64,000 nt of DNA from Coprothermobacterota bacterium. GTDB taxonomy: Bacteria; Coprothermobacterota; HKB111. A program made the position numbers and the translations under genes. The stretch covers positions 32,001 to 96,000 of the forward strand of contig JBBIUB010000002.1 of NCBI GenBank assembly GCA_037440465.1. Reading direction: 5' to 3'. The notes beneath the pieces are model-generated. The model was not told where the DNA came from, made no database searches, and was given only the letters and a program-made list of their open reading frames with translations. Shown here piece by piece: positions 36,400 through 43,694 of this stretch. Numbering within the stretch: the stretch's first letter is position 1; the number at the start of each line of letters is the position of its first letter.

Positions 36400-37380
36400 T
36401 TATTGTTTAGGAGGTGGTAATTCAAGAAGATAGACCGTCACATATCTTCTACCAAATTTTTTCAATTCAGAGAGAGAGTTAAAGAAGAATAAATCAATTC
36501 TATTTCCCTTTATTAATCTCCCCGTATCAGCAGCAATTGCATAACCATAATTTTCAACATAAAGTTTACTACCAAGTGGTATCACCTTTGGGTCAACTGC
36601 TACGAGACCATAACGGACTCTTTTCCCTGATGCTGTTATCCAGCTGGGGACATGGCGATCAACAGTAGGTGGTCCATAAGCAGTAGCTAACATATCAAAT
36701 TCCCGTAAATGTCCACCTCTAAAAACCGCAACACCATCAGCATAAATCTTGGGTTTTGGTGGAGTAATTATTTTCTCTGATATTATCTGTTCTTCTGATA
36801 ATTTACCTTCAATATATACTTTTCTGATAACCAATTCTTTTACTCCAGCTCGCCCTAAATCCCAAACTACAGTTTTACCTTTTTCTACTTCAGGATTAAC
36901 AATATATTTATGAGGAATTGAAATTGTTTTTTTAACAGTTACATATTGTTCTTCTACTCTAAAAATAGAAATATTATTTATTTTTGAACTTGAAAGTTTG
37001 GTATCAAGACTCGGGGTAACTTTATCTAAAGGTTTGATAACTAACCCCATAGACTCTATGGTATCTTCCACTGTTTTTTCTTGCGTAAAAAAAGACAGTC
37101 GCTTTCCATCTACCTGTATATAAACGAATGGAAGTTTATTTTTTGAAGCGAGTATTACCCCACCAAGTTCTTCAATGTTATGACCTGAAAGTCTGTAATT
37201 TTCTATAATTTTATCTCTACTACCAACTCTATAGCTCAATACTATTTTCCCAGCATCATCAATACAAGCAAATATAAAAGAGTACCGGGTGTAAAGAAAT
37301 AACATTAGAACGACAATAGAAAAATAAACAATAGCTAATATGTTTGCTTTCAGGGTTTTCTTATTAAAACCTTCAGCCAT
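36400..37380 (-). CDS. YabE/Sps-like cell-wall protein (TM, DUF348, G5, 3D domain)
   Basis: N-terminal TM; TVED......D.VTPSLD (DUF348); G5-like GRAGVKE; 3D domain ATAY..TASG..VAVDPKVIPLGS..AADTG..IKGNRIDL. Confidence 0.85.
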   Translation of the reverse strand: MAEGFNKKTLKANILAIVYFSIVVLMLFLYTRYSFIFACIDDAGKIVLSYRVGSRDKIIENYRLSGHNIEELGGVILASKNKLPFVYIQVDGKRLSFFTQEKTVEDTIESMGLVIKPLDKVTPSLDTKLSSSKINNISIFRVEEQYVTVKKTISIPHKYIVNPEVEKGKTVVWDLGRAGVKELVIRKVYIEGKLSEEQIISEKIITPPKPKIYADGVAVFRGGHLREFDMLATAYGPPTVDRHVPSWITASGKRVRYGLVAVDPKVIPLGSKLYVENYGYAIAADTGRLIKGNRIDLFFFNSLSELKKFGRRYVTVYLLELPPPKQ

Positions 37381-37386
37381 GCGATA

Positions 37387-37415
37387 ATTTTAACACCTTT
37401 TTAAAACAAAGTCAA
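37387..37415 (-). promoter_or_regulatory. Sigma70-type promoter directly abutting the yabE-like start codon (putative leaderless mRNA)
   Basis: Minus strand TTGACT-17 bp-TAAAAT-6 nt-ATG; no SD. Confidence 0.6.
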
Positions 37416-37503
37416 GCAGTAAAAAATATTCTGTATATCATATTTATTAAAATTATTGATTATGTTAGAAACATATTTATTAACAACCTTACAAAAAGTT
37501 AAG

Positions 37504-39390
37504 TCAGGACAGTTTTTTATTGAGTTCTGATTTAGGAAAAATTTTTACTGCTTTATACACTTCAGGACACACTTCTAGACAATTTCCACATTTACTGCAC
37601 TTAGTTTGGTTAATTTCTTTTATTCCTCTATCATTTGTAAAAATAGATTTTGTAGGACATTTGAGAACGCAATGTTCACAACCACGATAACATTTTTCAG
37701 GGATTATGTAGTAAAAAATCAGATCTCTGCAAACAAGAGCAGGACACCGTTGTTCAAGGATATGAGCTTCATATTCACTCCTAAAATACTTTAGGGTAGT
37801 TAAAACTGGGTTTGGTGCTGTCTTCCCCAGCCCACACAAAGAACCATCTTTTATATCATCTGCAAGAATATTTAAAACATTAAGATCATCAAGGGTAGCT
37901 TCGCCTTTAGAAATCCCTTCCAGAATATAATACATCTGGCTAAGTCCAACCCTGCAAAAAGAACATTTGCCACAACTTTCATTCTTCAGAAATTTAAGAA
38001 AATATTTAGCTACATCAACCATACAAGTCTCTTCGTCCATTACTATTAGACCACCAGAACCAAGCATAGAACCAAAAACTTGGAGGGAATCAAAATCTAC
38101 AGGAGTATCAATATATTCAGAAGGTATGCAACCACCTGAAGGACCTCCAATTTGAACACCCTTTAGTCTCTTCCCTTCTCTAACTCCACCACCAAGGTAG
38201 TAAACTACTTCTCTAAGGGTCGTTCCCATCTCGACTTCTACAAGCCCTGGGTTAGCAACCTTCCCTGCAAGAGAAAAAACCGCTGTTCCCTTGCTATTCT
38301 GAGTCCCCATACTCGAAAACCATTCCGCTCCATTAGAGATTATGGAAGGGATGCATGAAAAAGTTTTAACATTGTTTATTAAAGTTGGTTCACCAAAGAG
38401 ACCAAATTCTGCAGAACGAGGAGGTTTTACTCTTGGCATAGGTCTTTTTCCTTCAATAGAAGAAATGAGAGCGGATGATTCACCACAAACAAAAGCACCA
38501 CCACCGGGTATTATTTCTATGTCAAAATCAAAACCACTTTCCAGTATATCTTTTCCCAATAGAACATTGTTTCTTGCCTGTTCAATTGCAACTTTAAAGC
38601 GGTGAATTGCCAGGGGGTATTCAAGTCTAATGTAGATGTACCCCTTACTTGCCCTTAAAGCATAAGCAGATATGACCATACCTTCAATAACTTGATGAGG
38701 ACAACTCTCTAAAACTACTCTGTCCATAAAAGCACCAGGATCACCTTCATCAGCATTACAGATTACATTTCTATTTTTCCCAGGAGCTTTTAGTGAAGCT
38801 TCCATCTTTACCCCTGTTGGAAACCCAGCTCCTCCTAACCCTCTAAGATGTGAGTTTTTTATCTCTCTTATTACCTCTTCCTGCCTCATATTAAATGCTT
38901 TACTCAAACCTTCGTAGCCACCCAGAGCAATATATGAATAGATACTTTCTGGTTCTATATAACCAGCATATCTTAAGATAATTCTTTTTTCCAAATCAAA
39001 TCGTTCAAGCTCTGGAATATATGGAGGTGTAGCTACTCCCCCTTCTAAAGTACCCAAAACTAAATCAAAACAGAGATCATCTTCCTGAAGATATTGGCGT
39101 ACAAGGCGTGGTACATCTTCTTCTGAAATATTTTTATAGACAATAGACGGGTTGTCTCCCTTTGATATAACTACTAATGGCTCAGCATAACATAAACCCA
39201 GGCAACCTACCTGAAGAACCTCTGCTTCTATATTACTTTTTTCTAATTCGTCCTTAAAAGTAGCAATAACCTCTCTGGCTCCTACTGCCACGCCACAGGT
39301 TGCTGCGCCAACGAGAATCCTGGTGTTTTTATTATTTTTATGAATTAACCATTTTTCCTGAGCCAAGCTCTTAAGTTGAGGATATTTCAT
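37504..39390 (-). CDS. NuoF/HydB (BfuB)-like FMN/NAD-binding Fe-S subunit
   Basis: N-terminal thioredoxin-like domain (ATCG..GCLGLC..EP), LRGLGGAGFPTG, NADEGDPGAFMDR, GGPSGG, ESCGKCSFCR..LCGLG, H.....CPALVC, two C-terminal 4Fe-4S motifs. Confidence 0.92.
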   Translation of the reverse strand: MKYPQLKSLAQEKWLIHKNNKNTRILVGAATCGVAVGAREVIATFKDELEKSNIEAEVLQVGCLGLCYAEPLVVISKGDNPSIVYKNISEEDVPRLVRQYLQEDDLCFDLVLGTLEGGVATPPYIPELERFDLEKRIILRYAGYIEPESIYSYIALGGYEGLSKAFNMRQEEVIREIKNSHLRGLGGAGFPTGVKMEASLKAPGKNRNVICNADEGDPGAFMDRVVLESCPHQVIEGMVISAYALRASKGYIYIRLEYPLAIHRFKVAIEQARNNVLLGKDILESGFDFDIEIIPGGGAFVCGESSALISSIEGKRPMPRVKPPRSAEFGLFGEPTLINNVKTFSCIPSIISNGAEWFSSMGTQNSKGTAVFSLAGKVANPGLVEVEMGTTLREVVYYLGGGVREGKRLKGVQIGGPSGGCIPSEYIDTPVDFDSLQVFGSMLGSGGLIVMDEETCMVDVAKYFLKFLKNESCGKCSFCRVGLSQMYYILEGISKGEATLDDLNVLNILADDIKDGSLCGLGKTAPNPVLTTLKYFRSEYEAHILEQRCPALVCRDLIFYYIIPEKCYRGCEHCVLKCPTKSIFTNDRGIKEINQTKCSKCGNCLEVCPEVYKAVKIFPKSELNKKLS

Positions 39391-39829
39391 CTTTTAAGTT
39401 AACAAGTACTTCTTCTACTTTGCCTGGGCTCATACGGGGGTAAAGATCACCCTTAATATCAACTACTGGAGCTTTAGTACAACATCCAAAGCAAGCAGCA
39501 TGATCCAGACCGAAAACTTTATCTTCAGCAACTTCTCCTGTCTTTATATTTAGCTCTCTTTCAAAAGCTTCTAATATAAGCTGCCCACCAGCTAAATGAC
39601 AAGCTGTACCCAAACAAACTGTTACAGGGTATAAACCCTGGGGTTTACTCCTGAAACGCTTATAAAAGGTTACAGCTCCGAAAACATCTGAAGCTGCGAT
39701 ACCAAGAAAATCAGCCAGCCTGAGCATATTCTCAGTTGAAATATAGCCCAGGCTGTTCTGAATATCCTGAAGAATAAGGATCAGGTTCTTTCTGTCCTTT
39801 TTATATCCTTTAAAAATTTCTTCAAGCAA
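39371..39829 (-). CDS. NuoE/HydC (BfuC)-like [2Fe-2S] subunit
   Basis: LILILQDIQ..GY, VTFY..F, VCLGTACH, ACFGCC..APV. Confidence 0.92.
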   Translation of the reverse strand: MLEEIFKGYKKDRKNLILILQDIQNSLGYISTENMLRLADFLGIAASDVFGAVTFYKRFRSKPQGLYPVTVCLGTACHLAGGQLILEAFERELNIKTGEVAEDKVFGLDHAACFGCCTKAPVVDIKGDLYPRMSPGKVEEVLVNLKDEISST

Positions 39830-39836
39830 TTATACC

Positions 39837-41201
39837 CTATCTTCTCCACTTCTCTATCATCCTGGGGAGGAAGGTAGGTATGTCTTCTGCTGCTTTGGGA
39901 CCAACTATAACTTCCCATCCTGGTAGCTCATCCTCTATTTCACCTTTGATTCTTGCTGCCAACCCAGGAATAATTAGTCTCTTTTTACTTACTTTCTCTT
40001 CAATACCACTTTTTTTAATAAATGGACCAATTGTCTCCCCGATGAATTTTCCAGTAGACCAGGCAGCCAATACACAAAGCCCATCAACTCCCTTCACGCA
40101 TAGATATGCTGGAATCCTACTTCCTTCAACTTCTCCTGCCACTGCAAAGTAAGTTAGTGCAAAGTTTGTCGTAATCAAAACCGGAGAGTTTTCATCAGGA
40201 GTACCTATCTCATAAACTTTTTCCTCCACAGCTAGTGGAACTCTTGGATCAGTATAAATGTTCTGCCTTTGAACTAAAAGAGGGTAGAGGGCATCTTGAT
40301 CAAGGTCTTTAAGAACGATAATTGAGGCATATTTAACTACCAGGGCAGAAGCCAAAAGAGATTCCTCTTCTTTAGACTGTTTAGATAAAGGTAAAAGTGA
40401 GATAATTGGGTAACCTAAAGGTCTGAAGGCATATTTAAGAGCTGCTCTTCTGATTAATGTATAATCTTGAATAGCTTCAATAAGGTTCTCGGGTTCTGTA
40501 TCCAACACCAACTCGGTTATACCAGATTCCTTCAACCTGATTGTTAGAGATATTACTTCATCTAAACCTTTTCCCTTAACAACTACCGGTGTTGGCTTAT
40601 CTTTTAATCTTGGTAAAGCAACTTCAATATTCTCTTTATTTATGGAATATAAAAGTGGTCTCCAGTTAAATATCAGGTCTCTTGCTTCAAATAAAACTTC
40701 TATATCATCACACATAAGAATTAATGGGAAACCTTCTTCAGCTATTCTCTTTACGAGGTTAAGGTATCTTTCCTTGTTACCACTCTCATGTTTTAACATT
40801 ACAAGATCAGCTCTAAGCTTAAGTCCTACTCGTTCAAACTGGAACTCTTTAAGTTTATTAACTTTGCTATTAACAGAATCATCTGTTTCTTTATCAGAGA
40901 TTAACACAGCAATTCCTGGTTGACGATAAAAGGTTTTTTCATGTCTGAACATGACTTCTTCCTCGCCTATGCTTAGAACTTGCTCTCCATAGCCAAAAGC
41001 AACCAATTTTATAGGAGGAGCAATAACCTCAGCCAGCTCTTCCTTAACTTCAACTGGAAGATAAGGACATTTATCGACAGAAACACCGCCTCCAGCAAGT
41101 TTCATGGCAAAAGCAAAACAGGTTGGATAGCCACATTCTTTACAATTTTTTTTCCCCCCATCGGGCAATATTTTTTGAATATCAGAGGCTTTTATAGGCA
41201 C
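39837..41201 (-). CDS. cdhE: Corrinoid iron-sulfur protein large subunit (ACDS gamma)
   Basis: NCKECGYPTCFAFAMKL..CPY, EEVMFRHEK, RRAALK..FRPLGYP, RQNIYTDPR, TTNFALTYF, IIPG.AA. Confidence 0.95.
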   Translation of the reverse strand: MPIKASDIQKILPDGGKKNCKECGYPTCFAFAMKLAGGGVSVDKCPYLPVEVKEELAEVIAPPIKLVAFGYGEQVLSIGEEEVMFRHEKTFYRQPGIAVLISDKETDDSVNSKVNKLKEFQFERVGLKLRADLVMLKHESGNKERYLNLVKRIAEEGFPLILMCDDIEVLFEARDLIFNWRPLLYSINKENIEVALPRLKDKPTPVVVKGKGLDEVISLTIRLKESGITELVLDTEPENLIEAIQDYTLIRRAALKYAFRPLGYPIISLLPLSKQSKEEESLLASALVVKYASIIVLKDLDQDALYPLLVQRQNIYTDPRVPLAVEEKVYEIGTPDENSPVLITTNFALTYFAVAGEVEGSRIPAYLCVKGVDGLCVLAAWSTGKFIGETIGPFIKKSGIEEKVSKKRLIIPGLAARIKGEIEDELPGWEVIVGPKAAEDIPTFLPRMIEKWRR

Positions 41202-41216
41202 TACTTTCTCCTTTTT

Positions 41217-42419
41217 TTAAGCACCAGTTACCAATGGATGGCCAACTTTCTGTAAGAATTCAATTAGCTCATCAACATTAGAAACATCTTCTTCGGTAGC
41301 TATTTTTTCATAGAAGTCCTCAGGAATAGCATCCTTAACAGCATCTTTTATTGCTTTGGGTATCCAGACAACTCTCTTAACGCCACCATCTGTTTTTAAG
41401 AATTTGGGGGATCTAAGGTATGATATTGCCATACCTACATACCCTTCCTGCTGTCTTCCACCGCTGGCTTCTCCAGCCATGGAAGAGAAAGGATTGCCTA
41501 TAACTGTTTCACCAGCATAGTCACGATGCACTATTCCAAAACCATCAACTTCAGGAATATAGAAGCATATAGCCTGGAAACAACCGCAAGAAGTATGGGG
41601 GTTTTCAAGGGCGCTGTGCAGACAGAACACTGAATTTGTACCAAGTGATTTCTCTGCCACCACCTCATTTACACCACTGTAAATGAACTTTTCGGGATCT
41701 AGAAGCTCACCTTTCATGACAGCAAATTGAGGACCTTCAGGGTCTATCTTGTAAGCAGCCTTTCCATCCAGCCAGTTAACAGCACCGCAGAGTGATACCC
41801 TCTCCGGTGTTATCACGCACACATGGGTAGGAGCAAAGCTTTGACACAAGGTGCAACCATAAAACTCATCTACTTCTTCTTCTGTCAAACCTTTTACCCT
41901 TTCATCTCTTTCTTCATAAACTTTTCTTGCTGGTAGAACAAGTTCTTCAACTTTTACTGGATCTGTTACAAAAGTAATCTGAATCTTCTCAATAAGCGGT
42001 AATTCAGCAGTAAAGAGCATAATGAGTATTTGACCTATTTCATTAAATGAGTTAAGGCCTTTTTTGAAACTATCCTTATGCAGCCTCATCCAAATCTCAT
42101 CTCTTTGAGCTATATGCCAGAAGCCTTCTATGTAATTGCAATACATATGAATTCGTCTTTCAAAAACGGGTTCCATATCCTTTTCAAGCTTCTCTCCAGC
42201 AATATCTATCTGTATAAACAATGGATGAGATGACCCTTCTAACAAATCTTTAATATCTGGACCTATAATAACTACGTTCTCATGCTCTATTTCATTAATT
42301 CCTCTAACAGTAACCAGCTCACCTTTAAAAGGAATTTTAGGTCCACCAAATTCAACATAAAACTCCTCTTTCCTTATTCTTTCGCCTTCATATTGAGGTC
42401 CTACATCTACAGAAAACAT
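41217..42419 (-). CDS. cdhC: Acetyl-CoA synthase, archaeal-type beta subunit
   Basis: Starts VDVGPQYEGERIRK, lacking the bacterial AcsB N-terminal domain; ERRIH..NYIEG..H..QR, FYGCTLCQSFAPTHVC, LCG, HTSCGCF (A-cluster ligands). Confidence 0.95.
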   Translation of the reverse strand: MFSVDVGPQYEGERIRKEEFYVEFGGPKIPFKGELVTVRGINEIEHENVVIIGPDIKDLLEGSSHPLFIQIDIAGEKLEKDMEPVFERRIHMYCNYIEGFWHIAQRDEIWMRLHKDSFKKGLNSFNEIGQILIMLFTAELPLIEKIQITFVTDPVKVEELVLPARKVYEERDERVKGLTEEEVDEFYGCTLCQSFAPTHVCVITPERVSLCGAVNWLDGKAAYKIDPEGPQFAVMKGELLDPEKFIYSGVNEVVAEKSLGTNSVFCLHSALENPHTSCGCFQAICFYIPEVDGFGIVHRDYAGETVIGNPFSSMAGEASGGRQQEGYVGMAISYLRSPKFLKTDGGVKRVVWIPKAIKDAVKDAIPEDFYEKIATEEDVSNVDELIEFLQKVGHPLVTGA

Positions 42420-42437
42420 CCTTTTTCCTCCCTTTTT

Positions 42438-42980
42438 TTAATTTTCAGCTACTAAATTTTCAATAATGGTTTTCAACATAACTACCCATTTATCATCCCT
42501 TAAATTTGATAGGGAAAAAGTGGCATGGGGATGGAGAAATTTACATAGGGTCATCGTTTTTAAATGAGGCGAAAAGTGTTTTAAGGTAGACAAACCTTGA
42601 TTTGCCAGGTCAGCTCTAATACCGAGAAAAATGACCAGGTCATGATTTCCTTTCCCTTCAACTCCTTTCCAGGAAGGATCTTTAAGGTGGTTTATTATCT
42701 CAACAATATCGTAAGTACTTTGAGGGGTAACTCCTAAATCCACAAGCTTCTTTTTTGTATTAGCAGTGGCGCATATAGGTAACTTCCCAGCTCGGGCTAT
42801 TTCAACTCCATATTCAATAAGACATCTGTCACCTAGTTCCAGATTTAAACAGAGAGGTCCGAAGACCATTAGAGGGTTGGTTGCTTTTTTAATTAATTCA
42901 GCCACCTCCTTCCCATCTTCAATTACTTTGCAGGCTTTTGTTCCTGTAAAAACATTTACATAGTGATAAGGAAAACTCAT
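42438..42980 (-). CDS. cdhB: CO dehydrogenase/ACS epsilon subunit
   Basis: IKKA.NPL...G, LKDPSWKG..GKGNHDLV, LSTLKHF.P...T.TL..F.HP.A..S..NL. Confidence 0.9.
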   Translation of the reverse strand: MSFPYHYVNVFTGTKACKVIEDGKEVAELIKKATNPLMVFGPLCLNLELGDRCLIEYGVEIARAGKLPICATANTKKKLVDLGVTPQSTYDIVEIINHLKDPSWKGVEGKGNHDLVIFLGIRADLANQGLSTLKHFSPHLKTMTLCKFLHPHATFSLSNLRDDKWVVMLKTIIENLVAEN

Positions 42981-42985
42981 ACAAC

Positions 42986-43681
42986 TTACCTCCTAAATTC
43001 TGATATTGCTTCTTCTACCGCCATCTTGGTCATTAGACCAGCACGGTGCATTAAAGTGTCACCTATTTCTTTATCTGTTGTCATAGTAGCCAGGCAGGGA
43101 TGTTGATGATGTAAAAGACCTGACTGTTCAACCGCATCTTTCTCATGTATTCCTAAAAGATACTGGGCTACAAATCGGGTATTTCCACAAGGCGTTTCCC
43201 TGATAATTCCAACCTCACTTACTTTATCATTTTTCAGACTAATCGTCAGTCTTGGACAGCCAAATAACTTACTAAAATCTCTTATATACCGATTACCACT
43301 GTCTTTTTCAGTAAGGGTGCAAAAGGTCATGGGATAAACCATTTCAACCCCACTCTGTGCCAATTTATTTTTTATTTGTCTCGCCAATCCAGAAGGAAGA
43401 TAGGCTTTGTTATCTATTGGAGCAATCACCCCTTTAGCACTTGACATCTTCACGAGTTGAGGTGTCATCTCTACCACAACCGGGTTTTCCTGTAACATCA
43501 ATAGAAGGTCACAGCATGGAAGCTCGGAAGGCAAAAACTTATCAAGAGAATCGTCTACCATTACTGAAATATTGGGTGGAAATACATAATAATCTACCTT
43601 CCAGGAGGGTGGAGAGTGCTTAGAAATATTATCCACAAACCTCCACCCATAATCACCCTGAATAATGAGAAGTAATTTCAC
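42986..43681 (-). CDS. DUF166 family protein
   Basis: G.YG.R...NI, P.TFCTL, FG.P.L.I, RETPCG.T.FVA, HPCLATM..D...GDTLMH.AG pattern. Confidence 0.75.
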   Translation of the reverse strand: MKLLLIIQGDYGWRFVDNISKHSPPSWKVDYYVFPPNISVMVDDSLDKFLPSELPCCDLLLMLQENPVVVEMTPQLVKMSSAKGVIAPIDNKAYLPSGLARQIKNKLAQSGVEMVYPMTFCTLTEKDSGNRYIRDFSKLFGCPRLTISLKNDKVSEVGIIRETPCGNTRFVAQYLLGIHEKDAVEQSGLLHHQHPCLATMTTDKEIGDTLMHRAGLMTKMAVEEAISEFRR

Positions 43682-43694
43682 TTATTATGTTAAC

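Noticed and set aside
37504..39829. nuoE/nuoF interpreted as respiratory complex I
   Set aside because: No other nuo genes are present, and the extra N- and C-terminal Fe-S domains match soluble HydB/HydC-type proteins
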